Origin: Antedon mediterranea
Lineage: Eukaryota; Animalia; Echinodermata
Assembly: GCF_964355755.1 (NCBI RefSeq)
Contig: NC_092671.1
Span: 10,292,001 to 10,356,000, forward strand
Length of the DNA stretch: 64,000 bases
Direction of reading: 5' to 3'
Shown here: in pieces, positions 49,382 through 62,567 of the stretch
Layout: each line of letters begins with the position of its first letter
How positions within the stretch are numbered: position 1 is the first letter of the stretch
Notes under the pieces: generated by a model
Databases searched by the model: none
Told to the model about the DNA's origin: nothing
Seen by the model: only the letters and a program-made list of their open reading frames with translations
Made by a program: the position numbers and the translations under genes

Positions 49382-52300
49382 TTTAACAGGTAATACCAAA
49401 GATATCGTTGAAGATACCACTAATGTATATACGTATATAAAATATGCGTCTATAAATTATGCAATCACTGGCATAATATTTACAGAATTTGATGACGATA
49501 TTTTACCAGCTGTCAAAATAGGAATATCCTATAGAAATATGAACATCAATCTTCTTTAACTTTTAAATTAACAATTTTTTAAGCGTTATATAAGTTTGTC
49601 AAAATACAGATGTCTTTATTCAGAAATACAATTCATCCTCAGATAGAAAAGATGCAAACCGTAGTGTTTGATAATCCTTAGGAATGTTGCCAGTTTCGAG
49701 ATAACCGCAAACAGATCGATTACGTCAGCTCTTTGTGGGTATATCCTACATAATCTCTATTCTCGAGTGATATGAACGCCTTTTTTTGCTGTGTACGCTA
49801 CAAATTATTAATTAGTTTACACCTTCATAAAGCTGAACGTTCAATTAGTTTTCTTAATTAAAACGCATGATATGCTTTCTTGAAGATGCAATGAGTTAAA
49901 CATTCCACAATAAATGACTTCAACGTGTGACTGAAACTAAACTTCTTATGGTTGCCCTTGTTTTCAGTTTAATAGTTTTGATAGCTCAATCCGTGCTCTA
50001 GTAATGTTACTGTAGAAGTGTTTATATTCCCAGTAACCGCGCTATATAGACAAAAGATTTTTACGCTTCTTCGGAACTGATCCACCTTCAGCCAACTTTC
50101 AAAATCAATCATATGCTATATCCGCAAGTATAATATCCCAATAAAACAATGTTAATATTGTTTACAATTTCACCTTGCTATATACTTCCTATTTCCAGGT
50201 GAGGCTTTGGTGGAAGCTGTTGTCTACCTGCAAATGTCTCTGCTACTATGAAATAGGATTATTCAATAGTAAAATTCTGTTATCTTTTAAGGTCATTGGT
50301 TGTATTAATTTAAATACTATCAAATATGCAATGTGTTTACCTCAACGCTCCTATTGTATCTACCTGTGCTACTCCCTTTACAACTGGACAGCAAGATACA
50401 CACACAAAAACACAAGACCAGGACAGCTTAGGAAAACAGAAATGCCTTCAAAGTAGAGACTGTCTATGCAAATGACTTACGCAGGCAATTTATACTCTGA
50501 TAAATAGCTCATTAATATCTATTCAAAATGATTGAAGTATCAACGAACAGTCAGCCAACACCTAGCACAGACAAAAAAATGCTGAATCAATGTAGGATAT
50601 CCAAGGCCTGTTGTGGTATGACAATTGAGGCCAATACAATACAATAGGCAGCATTTATTAACACCCACACAAACAAGTGCTCTATCCAAACTTAACAACT
50701 CAGTGATCAAATTATAAAAGTCAACTAACAAATAAAACAACACTGACGGACAAAATGCTTCACTGGATTCTGGATAAATAGTTTTTAAAAAACACCCAGT
50801 CTTTAAATAGAATTTGCTTGAATATATATCTGCAATAAATTACTGTCAAAATATATAGTTGAATGTAGGGCGTGTACAATATTATTAAATCAATCCAATG
50901 GAGTATGTTCAAACTTTTGGGCTGATGACGTTCCGAACATCTGATACATAGATGTAATACAAGATCTGGTCAACAAAATCAAATTATCTGTCAAACCTTT
51001 GCAATATATAATCAAATCATAAAGATGGTATGGCAAACTTTCTAATAACAGGGATTATTTTCCTGAAATCCTCCTAGAAATCCTCTTGCCCATCTAACGG
51101 CGTCCTGACAAGAATTGTAAGCTTAAAATATGTTGATTTTTAATACTCAAGCCTGTCATATAGTAGATGTGATTGCTATTTACAAGTATAGTACTTTAAG
51201 CTAATCCTCATTGAATCTTTGAATTGGTAGGTACAGTACTGCACTCTGCAGACTGCCTCCCACAGGAACAAGATACAATCCTTGCAATGAATTACTTGAT
51301 AATATCATTCTTGGACTCAACCATTTTCAAGAAGGGATTCCATCCCATTAACTGTACACAGTTTGTTTTAGAAAATAGTAAAAATGTTATGAATTCTACA
51401 AATATTTTTAAATAATACAGTTTATCAAACTTGTTAACAATTCTATTTGCTAGTAGCAATAATTATACTTTATTTTATCTTGCATACAATAATGCATATA
51501 TTAATAATGTTAGTTATGAATGATGGGACCGTGTGGTAAGGTTTGACACTATTTAAACATCTGTTCTCTACAAATACAAAATCTGTTTTGTTTACATACA
51601 TAGAATAATTCCATCAGATCAACACTTTAAACTGGTCAAGCTGATCACAGTGGACATAACTTATGTATATTTCCTAAAATATAGCGTCTTGTTATAGGCC
51701 CTACCTGTACAGAATATGTATACTCTATTATTCTACTATTCTGCATAAGGACGTATGTTTTACCCTATACAGTATGTTTATGCATAACTGTTATTCATTA
51801 TAGTTATATATACTTCTGGACTTAAATAAAGTCCTTTGGAAATGTAAGTTTGTGATGATGAAGATTTCATTATAGCATCAATCACTACCCTTGATTGAGA
51901 TATATGAATTATTCATGAGAATATAAAGGTCAAAGGCAGTTCGTTTCTCATCGATTCTAATCATGATGACAAGTAATCATAACATATAAGAAAGGTGCTA
52001 ACAATAGTGTATAATTAATATTGACCTGGTCATTAGAATTAGGTCACGTTAATTGACATCAGTATAATGGAATACACAGTACTACTCACCCCGGAATTCT
52101 TGTATAAAGATGCTATTAATATTTATATTTACCGTAGTTTACTACTAAATCTACCCATCCTCGGGCAGTTTGACATACAAACGATAATAATGAATGATAA
52201 TATTATGTGTAAGTATACAAAGTGCTCAAGCCACTAAGTGTATCAATTTGCTTTCAATATTACTAATACTTCTAAAATTGTAAATTGTCACTGATTTACA

Positions 52301-53712
52301 TCAACATCAAGGGCGAGGCTGTTTTTTAAGGTACTGGCCATCCTAAACCATTTTCACCGACCATTACTGAATTTCCAATCCAAGCCTCATTTTGCAATAA
52401 ATGCGCTTCCACCCCCACCTTTTCAGGATTCCCTAAATCTGTCAGATCACTCAGATTTGATCAAATGTTCCGCCTAAGCATTCTACACTATTTAAATATT
52501 TCCACTCAAACTGTTCTACAAGTACTCAGTACACACAATGATGTACTTAATGATGCATTAATCTTCAACTTTTTTCTTCTTCACTAATAAATGTTATAAT
52601 CTATTCTTGCCTTCTAATGGAATATAGAATATAAAATCTCCATTAAATATTCTTCTATAAGGTCACATTTATTTATTTGAATGATATGACTCAGTTTTAC
52701 TGATCACATTTCAATATCAGGTTTCAAAGTAATAAGGATTTTATTAATCAGTCAATAAACTAATTAACCAAAAAGTCATTCAGTTTTTTTAAATATATTA
52801 CTGAAACAATTTGTAAAAGTAAAAATAGAAGATGCACATTATTTACATTTGTGTCGGCATTTCAAATTTAAGTTTTATGTGGAATATATTACATGTATGT
52901 ATTTCCACTGCATAATGTAAAAAAAAAAATTTTTCAATCATAATCAGTTTCTAGTAATCTAAGCATTGACACCAACGATAAAATAGAGACACATTAACGC
53001 AATATTGATAAGTTTTAGTAGGAATCCTCGAAAACAGAGATCCTAAGTCTCAGGTCTCTGTTTTTGAAACACCCCAGGTAAACAGAACTAATACCACTGT
53101 AATAGGTTTATGTTAAATTCAACCAAAACACTTTCCAGTGAACAAACGAGAGGTAATATATTTAACACCCATATTTGAAGTCTGGATACTGTATTCTACT
53201 TTATTTCCTTATTTATGTTGCATAGAATCATAAGTACAGTAGCACTATTATCAATGTGGTCGTAAATTAACAATGGTTTTTAACAATAGAACTTTTGAAT
53301 CTAGAATTTACCTTTAAAATCATTATTTACAAGCTATTAAATAACAACACAGAATGTTGGGCTAGACTTAAGACAGAGTATGATCAATTTTTCTAGCCGT
53401 TGATACTATTTACAACTAATATATATACATCTAACAAACAATAAGACAGTTAATAACAACAGATACATAATTACAACTTTATGCCATTGTTCGGCTACTA
53501 GGAAATTCTTTTTTTTAAACCAAAAAAACTTGTATGAAAAACTACAATTTCTGAAACCAGACATATTTTTTTTATATGGTTTTATTCATCTTAATCATGT
53601 TTACTTATTTTATTGTTGTTTGTTGCAGTTGGATGTAAATAACTGATACTAATATGTTACCTATTTCATAGAGAATATAAAACAGAAATAGCTGTACTAT
53701 CATATGAATGTG

Positions 53713-53743
<31 letters not shown>
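53713..53743. repeat. (AAT)n microsatellite
   Basis: About 10 perfect AAT units. Confidence 0.95.
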
Positions 53744-53745
<2 letters not shown>

Positions 53746-54271
53746 TGATGAGGCACCATTAATTACATAACATATAAAAACTCTTCAATCATTAAAACAT
53801 TCATCTGGTATACCTGGTAACAGAACATACTGTAAAATAAAATCCTCTTATGAAATCTATGATGGCAAGCAAATGCAAACAATAATATTAATATGAATAT
53901 AGAGACAAACAAAGAAATTATAGTTCTATTAAGGTTCACATTGAAGAGACTTGATGTCTACAGATTTATCTACCAAGATCTATTTCTACTACATCTTCTA
54001 TTAAAGATTATTATGTTGTATTTATTGTAATAATGGGTAAATAGCCAGCAGTACAGAAAGATTTCAAATGTCTGAGAAGAATGAGGAGCAAATCTATTAA
54101 TTATAGATCGGATCTGTACAATAAGACTTGTATAAAAAGAGGTCTGGGATAATGTTGAAGAACATAGGCAAATGTTGATTCTATTTTCAAATTTAAATTA
54201 TAGCCTAAATTAAATATATACTTTCAACTTGTTGAGACAGAAACAGGCATGTCCCCTTGATTCCACCCTAA

Positions 54272-55407
54272 AGCTCTGTCCACACTATCAAACTATTTTG
54301 ACAAAAAAGTGTGATGTGGTAGTGGTATAAATGTGCCACTGTGCTTATAGATAAATGTAATAAAAACATGATTACAATGGTTCAAGGTACAATAGTAAGC
54401 AATTTAGTTAAAAAATAGACTTTTAAACGACAACATATCGGAAATTGAACAGCGCCATTTTGACAGGTTAAGAGCAATTATGTGACGTCAGATTAGGTGG
54501 ACGCATTCAAGCAAATCCAAGCGTCCATCGTCTTAGTACAGTATTTCGATATGGAAGTGCGGGATATAACCATAAATAAAATCAATTAAATAGCCTAACA
54601 TACCTAATATTTTCGGAATATGGTTTGGAGTTTTAATTCAGAAAATTTGGAACCAGAATATACAGAAAGAGAGTTAGTTTTGCGTCGTGCTGATGAGGAA
54701 AAAAAGAAGAGAAGAAGAACATTCTCGAGCATAACAAGCCGTCGAAGAATGGTGTACTTGCGGCCAGTGTATCTGTACTGTATGCCTTACTAGGCCTAGA
54801 ACTCGTGTTGAACGAAAATATAGTAGACACTGCATCGTCAACCAACAGCCTCCGTTTGGAAGGTTTGCCAGTTAATTCCCCTACCAAATCCCGTTTGAAA
54901 CAGCTAGGCAATAAAAGTAACAATAGATTAACAATAGCTGAAAGATTTACAAATTGGCTTGCAGAAGAAAAGATCGATCGAAGGTTTGTTTACCAAGCCA
55001 GCGCATGCTCATACCGTGTCATCGTCGGCCTGCATGACCGCATGTCGCGTTATTAGCCAATCATATTAGCGGATTTGCTTAGCCAATAGAAGCGCCGAAT
55101 GCAACCGCGAATCTTAAAATTTTCGTCGGCCGTATCTGACGTCACAAACAGGCTGCCATGAGGACAAGATGGCGATTTTCAAATGTCTTGAAAACAGCTT
55201 TAAAATCCTGTTTACTAGAAAACTACAAATCCGATTTAAACATAAATTGTTCTGAATATTAAGTTGGTAGGGTTACTTTTATAATAGTTAGGTAAGATAT
55301 TAGGGTGTTCCTTTCCTTTAAATATGGTAGTCATATGACATCATCATGTCCATATATGGGCACATCACATTTTTTGTCACATAAACTTTGATAGTGTAGA
55401 CAGAGCC
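54272..55407. mobile_element. MITE family A copy split by an ~980-bp insert (54338-55317) with a TTAA-flanked, Kolobok-like end
   Basis: Left half agctctgtccacactatcaaac at 54272; right half aatatggtagtcatatgacatc...gtagacagagcc at 55321-55407. The insert is CpG-rich and ends gggtgttcctttcct|TTAA. Confidence 0.7.
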
Positions 55408-57220
55408 TTATAAAATAATGAGGTTCATTGAATAGTGGTTGGCTATAATGTTAAAACATATACTGTCCCTCATTCATTTCATAGAAAAACATCCCCTTAA
55501 TAGGGGTTCCCCCTGAATAGTGTTTCAAAGGAATGGTTCTACTGTATAAAGTCTGTATTTATAAAACAAGATTGTTAAGCTGCCCAATCTAACTTCCAGA
55601 TTTACAGTAGTAATAGTAATCACCATTTACAACAAAAGATTTATTATTTCTTATAAATCAAAGTACAAATTCATTATTTCAGTTTCGTTGATATTTTAAG
55701 ATTTCGTTTTCTTTAACTTTAAGTAATTAATCATAACAAATATATTACTTTTGCTTCCTGTATAAAATATTATATATCACTTCCTAAACGTGTTCATAAA
55801 TTTGGTGTAAAGTACAGACAAAAGCATAAACTACAATACAAGTTTAATTATTAATAATAAAATTATATATCTTTAATTGAAGCATTTTTTTAAATCTAAA
55901 AAATAGCCTTAGCATATTTTCACACACACACTGCACACTTATATTCTACTCAACTAATAGCATTATAATTTAATTTAATTTAAATCACAAATACAGATGT
56001 TAATATAATATGAACCTTAGCAGTTTATCTTTTGGTTATTTATGCCTCATAAATCTGTCATGATAAAAAACAACATAGTAATAAAAATATAGATCTTGTG
56101 AGGAATTTTTAAAGAATAAATCATGAAATATCATATTCAACTACTGTATATCATTTAGTTGAGAGATTTTTTTCAAGGGACATCCGTTGAAAATTAAAAG
56201 ATGCTAAATCGCATACTTTAGTTATCTATTTTTAGAATTCATGCAAGTAAATGTATAGACCTGTTGCAAAAAATATTACCGATTAATAAAAGTTGGGTCA
56301 ATGTTCTGTTCTGATACCAAGACAAATTAGAAGATTTTGATCAAACGCCTATTAATAAATATAATTATTTTCACTGATTTTAATTCAATGTTTGTGAAAA
56401 GTTTAAGACAGATCGGATATGTAACGTATACAAGACAAGTTTTATATTGTGTATATCCTTCCCGAAAAATAAGCATAATTTATATACAGATAGAAATTAT
56501 AGATGGCAGCAGACTAGAATTTACCTATATGAAGTTCAAGGAATATTAAATAAATTTATTAACGTCATGATTTAACACTTTAATATTTAATTAATTATTA
56601 TTAGGAATAAAGTTTAATACTAAAGTTTAAAACATGTATACTCAATATTTGATTGGTTGATTCTGTGTCATGCATCATTCTTTTACATTTCAATAACACT
56701 TATGTGGACTTAATACACACGGTTAGATTTTTGTAAATACTGTATTTTGATAATTTTGTGTGACCTGGTAACGTGATTAATGTACCAAAACCAATCTTTA
56801 GTGCATGTTATCTATATTATGTTAATTTATTGTTTAATAATAAATAAAGCAATAAAGGTATCATGATTCAATCAATGTTGTTATTTCCATAAAAATTGAA
56901 GAATTTTGTATTTACTGCCCTCTATAGTACAATGAAGAATATTGTAACTACAGTACACTATTACAAATATGAGTAATACAGATGAATGCATACCAATGTT
57001 CCCATAAACAAACAATACATTTGTAGTAAAAAGAGCTAATAAATACTTATTGGAAAAAAACAAGTATGATAGATACATATATATAATCATAATTAAATGA
57101 TAGATGAATATTATAGTGTTATATAAACACATACAGCCTTGATTTGATTTGATTTTATTTTATTCAGGTTTCAACATAAAATTACAAGACAAAGATTAAA
57201 AATACAAATAGAAACATGCA

Positions 57221-58415
57221 AAGTATTTGCACAGTACACAAGAAACCTAAGATAGCCCATAAAGTATTGCAGAGTACACAAGAAACCTAGGATAGCCCAT
57301 AAAGTATTGCACAGTACACAAGAAACCTAGGACAGCCCATAAAGTATTGCACAGTACACAAGAAACCTAGGATAGCCCATAAAGTATTGCAGAGTACACA
57401 AGAAACCTAGGATAGCCCATAAAGTATTGCAGAGTACACAAGAAACCTAGGATAGCCCATAAAGTATTGCAGAGTACACAAGAAACCTAGGATAGCCTAT
57501 AAAGTATTGCAGAGTACACAAGAAACCTAGGATAGCCTATAAAGTATTGCACAGTACACAAGAAACCTAGGATAGCCCATAAAGTATTGCACAGTACACA
57601 AGAAACCTAGGATAGCCCATAAAGTATTGCACAGTACACAAGAAACCTAGGATAGCCCATAAAGTATTGCACAGTACACAAGAAACCTAGGATAGCCCAT
57701 AAAGTATTGCACAGTACACAAGAAACCTAGGATATTGCACAGTACACAAGAAACCTAGGATAGCCCATAAAGTATTGCACAGTACACAAGAAACCTAGGA
57801 TAGCCCATAAAGTATTGCACAGTACACAAGAAACCTAGGATAGCCCATAAAGTATTGCACAGTACACAAGAAACCTAGGATATTGCACAGTACACAAGAA
57901 ACCTAGGATAGCCCATAAAGTATTGCACAGTACACAAGAAACCTAGGATAGCCCATAAAGTATTGCACAGTACACAAGAAACCTAGGATAGCCCATAAAG
58001 TATTGCACAGTACACAAGAAACCTAGGATATTGCACAGTACACAAGAAACCTAGGATAGCCTATAAAGTATTGCACAGTACACAAGAAACCTAGGATAGC
58101 CCATAAAGTATTGCACAGTACACAAGAAACCTAGGATAGCCCATAAAGTATTGCACAGTACACAAGAAACCTAGGATAGCCCATAAAGTATTGCACAGTA
58201 CACAAGAAACCTAGGATAGCCCATAAAGTATTGCACAGTACACAAGAAACCTAGGATAGCCCATAAAGTATTGCACAATACACAAGAAACCTAGGATAGC
58301 CCATAAAGTATTGCACAGTACACAAGAAACCTAGGATAGCCCATAAAGTATTGCACAGTACACAAGAAACCTAGGATATTGCACAGTACACAAGAAACCT
58401 AGGATAGCCCATAAA
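57221..58415. repeat. 40-bp minisatellite, ~30 copies, with recurrent 28-bp deletion units
   Basis: Unit aaagtattgcacagtacacaagaaacctaggatagcccat; short units at 57721, 57869, 58017 and 58365. Confidence 0.97.
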
Positions 58416-58511
58416 GTCGAAAAAAAACCCAACTTATTTCCAATGGGGTCCTATTATCATAAACTTGCGCGATAAAAACAAAAAACGGTAAAATTACAAA
58501 AACGAGTACAC

Positions 58512-60128
58512 CTGGGGCGGATCCAGACATTTTTTAGAGGGGGGGTCCGCCGATAAAAAGGGCACATCAGATATTGAGTATTTGAGCCACAGCCCCCCCA
58601 TGGTGGGGGTTGTGGCGAAGCGAATTTTGTTACAGGACACACTTAGATGGCCGGAAATGGCACTCTCGCACGCAAAATCCATGATAAATGGCACCTTTCT
58701 AGTTCGCCGGAAATGACACTTTATTAGCAGGGATAACGATGCAAAATTAAAAGTTGTTATTTTTCAACCAATTTAAACATTATCTGTTGGTATTTTGTTT
58801 CAATATTCCAATAAAGAAAGAATTACGAAAATCTGACTTGTAGTTTTCGAAATATAGGGTCTAAAACATTGCCGAAAATGATCGTTTTTAGCCACGAACG
58901 TTGTAAACAAATTGCGCCATTTTTCGCTAAAATAATTACATATAATTACGTTTTATAGTAATTTCTTTTATATATCAACATTGGAAATATCAATAAAATA
59001 TGTTATTAAATGTTTATAAAATATATAGAGTTGTTTATTTAACGGAGTTCGTACAAATTCATTGCTCTAAATTTGTGTAGTACCGTTCAGTACAGAGTGA
59101 TCACGTGACCTCTTGGTACACGTACGCGAGAGAAAACATTCCGCTGTGGGTGATTCGCATCCACCAATCAAATAGCCAGAATCCAAAATCATTCAACCGG
59201 CCGTGAGCTCTGCCGATCGCGGGAAAGCTCAGCTTTGATTGGCTTACGATGACATCATATCACAAAATGGTGGTTTTGTAGTTGAGCCTCACGTAATTTT
59301 CACAAATAATTGTTTCAAAAATGAAATAAATGAACCTTCTTTATGGTATGTGTGATTTTTCTTTAAAAGATTTGAATAATAAAGGCTTGATATCGAGAAA
59401 AAAACATTTTTTTTGCACTTATAATAAATATTTCTCAAAGAAAAAAGCACATGGCTTGTAGAACTATATTATCTTGGCGTAGGAAGTCAAACAAATCCCA
59501 GGTCATGAGAGGCTCAACTACAAGAACAAAGTTGAATAGTGTAGGATGACCGTTCGATGATTTTTGAGTAAACAATCTACCGCGTATGGTCGTACGCGCT
59601 AGATAGTACGATATTTTAAATACATTTTTTACATGTTTGGTTGGATGTAATGGAAATAAAAAATAGTTGATCTGATGGAATGATATGTAAATAAACAAAT
59701 ACTCAAAAGAATTATGTTTACAGTTCAATTATTTTCAGAATAATAATACATCAAAATGTGTTTACCAATGGACAAATAATCACGTCAATGACATAGCGTG
59801 CATGGTAACGTACGCGGAGTTGAATCGTAAAAAGTTTACATGCGCCCTCTGTAGTATGTGAAACGATCTATTTTTAGAAGTTTAAGTAGAGATCATCACG
59901 CGTCACCACCTCTCACGATGCTCTTTGATCGGCCGCCGTAACTTAACATCGCGCTCATTGTGATAAATTTCTGTTTTTATTTTTGGGGTTAGTGTAGCCT
60001 ACTCTGTGCATACTAATATACACACAAATATGTCACACGAATAAAATATTGAACCTCTAAAAAAAGGGCACCCTTAAAATTTAGGGGGGGTCCGGACCCC
60101 GTGGACCCCCCCTCTGGATCCGCCCCAG
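58512..60128. mobile_element. 1.6-kb non-autonomous DNA transposon with perfect 15-bp TIRs
   Basis: ctggggcggatccag ... ctggatccgccccag flanked by TACAC on both sides; subterminal ggggggtccg and aaaaagggcac motifs at both ends; no transposase ORF recognised. Confidence 0.85.
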
Positions 60129-60142
60129 TACACAATAAAAAA

Positions 60143-60415
60143 ATCCCAGAAGTTAAGCTATATTGGGCCCGATTAGAGCTTGGTGATCACCATCTGTGAA
60201 TACCGGGTGCTGCTGGGTCCCATTAGGCATTTGAAATCAGCACTGCTGACTCTTATGGCAGCCTCTGCATCTAGTATCTGCCTCAGACGTATTATGCCTC
60301 TCCTCTGGTTAAGGTGGGCACTGGATGAGAGAAGCCCTTGATCAATGTTGTTGGGACCATCCAAAGGTGCTTTAAACAGTCCTGGCATTAAGATGAATGC
60401 AAGACTAATTGACAT
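60143..60415 (+). mobile_element. 5S rRNA-derived sequence followed by a GC-rich body (SINE3-like)
   Basis: atcccagaagttaagctatattgggcccgattagagcttggtgatcaccatctgtgaataccgggtgctg aligns by eye to the 3' two-thirds of animal 5S rRNA (GAAGTTAAGC...GGGCCCGGTTAGTACTTGGATGGG...GAATACCGGGTGCTG); about 200 bp of GC-rich sequence follows with no oligo-T terminator. Confidence 0.7.
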
Positions 60416-61694
60416 TGTCGTTTTACTACACGACAGAAGTCAGCCATATATATCATAATTGAATTACATTTTTTAATTATGAAGCATATACTTTTTTTCT
60501 TAATATTATTCATAAGTCTAAATATAGATGCAGTAAATCTTAAAATATAAACAAATCAAAGAAATTTGTTCCAACAGTGAATCGATCTGACTCTTCAGAT
60601 TAATATGGTATTAATACTGAAAAGTAAGAAATACTGTACTATTGAATATTAGAGACAGAGCCCTCAACACTACAACAAGGTCCTTAAAATTCCATTAGTC
60701 TAAATGTTCCAGACTCTTGATGTTAAAACAGTCTGTCGGTAGACAACATTTATACTATATTATTCTATAGCATAATTTAATAATTTAAGCCTATGTGAAT
60801 ATCATTTTTTAAACGTAAAAAATTGTAAAAAAATGAGTTTTTAGGGATTTTTGGTGACCTACAGAACCCAGTGTTAAACATTTGTTAAAATTAATACTAA
60901 TCTAGTTCCATGTATTTAAATATTTGTAATTAATTGATTAATTAATCATATATATTTATTATATTTTAAAAGTTGTTAAATGTGAGATTGTACTAAAGTA
61001 TTATAGAGGATCATTAATATAATAGCAAATTTTGTCGTGATATTCGAAAATACGTCATTATTAATGTTAGATATAAAGTCAATAAAGATAATTTAAATAT
61101 AACATACTGTAGCCAAGCTTAAAATAACATGGCTTAGCTTACATTCCCTTTGGAACTACAAGTACTACACCCACGAGTCCATTCAAAATCTCACAAATTA
61201 ATGTGTTAGCTTGGCTTACTCCCTTTATCATGTCCATTAACTTTCAGTTCAACGAATTAATAAACTGGATTGATATTTAAAACTTAAATTCCTCTTGTTC
61301 TTTAGTTGCTAGTTATACAGATTTGAAATAATTGAGAAAAATAATTATAAATCGTTTATTGTACAGTGGGAATATCCGGGGAAAAGAGAGACATATGTTG
61401 GATGAATAGAAGTGAAATTTATATGGATTATGGTTAGTTTCTTTGTGGTCGACAATAAAGTACTATAAACAATCAATAAAACGATTTTAATTTACCTGGA
61501 TATCCTGATTTTGATCTACAATTATACAGTTACTATTTAGTTTCATAACACTTAAGATTCTTTAAAATCACAAAGTGATTTAAATCATTTGATGTGTCCT
61601 GGTTGTCTTCTGATCTTAACTTAAACTACAGAAGAAAGTCTCCTTTGGGACAATCCTTAATTCTGTTAAGGGCGACACAAACAGGTAAATAAAA

Positions 61695-62567
61695 TACTTT
61701 TCACATTTTCCCAAAAAAGGTCAATGAAATATGCTTTACATTTCCCATAAAAGGTCAATAAAATAGTACACTTCATATTTCCACATAAAGGTCAATAAAA
61801 TATTCTTCACATTTCCACATAAAGGTCAATAAAATATGCTTCACATTTCCAAATAAAGGTCAATCAAATATGCTTCACATTTTCCCAAAAAAAAGGTCAA
61901 TAAATTAGTACACTTCACCTTTCCACATAAAGGTCAATAAAAAATTACACTTCGCATTTCCACATAAAGGTCAATAAAATATGCTACACTTCACATTTCT
62001 ACATAAAGGTCAATAAATATGCTTCACATGTTCACATAAAGGTCAATAAATATGCTACACTTCACATGTTCACATAAAGGTCAATAAAATACTTCACATG
62101 TTTACATAAAGGTCAACAAAATAGTACACTTCACATTTCCACATAAAGGTCAATAAAATAGTACACTTCACATTTCCGCATAAAGGTCAATAAATTAGTA
62201 CACTTCACATTTCCACATAAAGGTCAATAAAAAATTACACTTCACATTTCCACATAAAGGTCAATAAAATATGCTACACTTCACATTTCCACATAAAGGT
62301 CAATAAAATATGCTTCACATGTTCACATAAAGGTCAATAAATATGCTACACTTCACATGTTCACATAAAGGTCAATAAAATACTTCCCCTGTTCACATAA
62401 AGGTCAATAAATATGCTTCAAATGTTTACATAAAGGTCAACAAAATAGTACACTTCACATTTCCACATAAAGGTCAATAAAATAGTACACTTCACATTTC
62501 CACATAAAGGTAAATAAAATATGCTTCACATATTCACATAAAGGTCAATAATATCCGGAAAGGTCAT
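61695..62567. repeat. ~32-37-bp minisatellite carrying AAAGGTCA in ~24 copies
   Basis: Unit cacataAAGGTCAataaaatagtacacttcacatttc, with length variation outside the core. Confidence 0.95.

Noticed and set aside
46291-52180. Other ATG-to-donor candidates for DGK exon 1 (near 46291, 48767, 50481, 52090)
   Set aside because: They have the wrong phase for exon 44774-44850, or in-frame stops or no ATG in the phase-1 frame.
54633-55056. ORFs in the nested insert as a transposase
   Set aside because: Short, with no DDE, THAP or zinc-finger motif recognisable.
60173-60415. 80-aa minus-strand ORF
   Set aside because: It overlaps the 5S-derived SINE-like sequence and has no recognisable domain.
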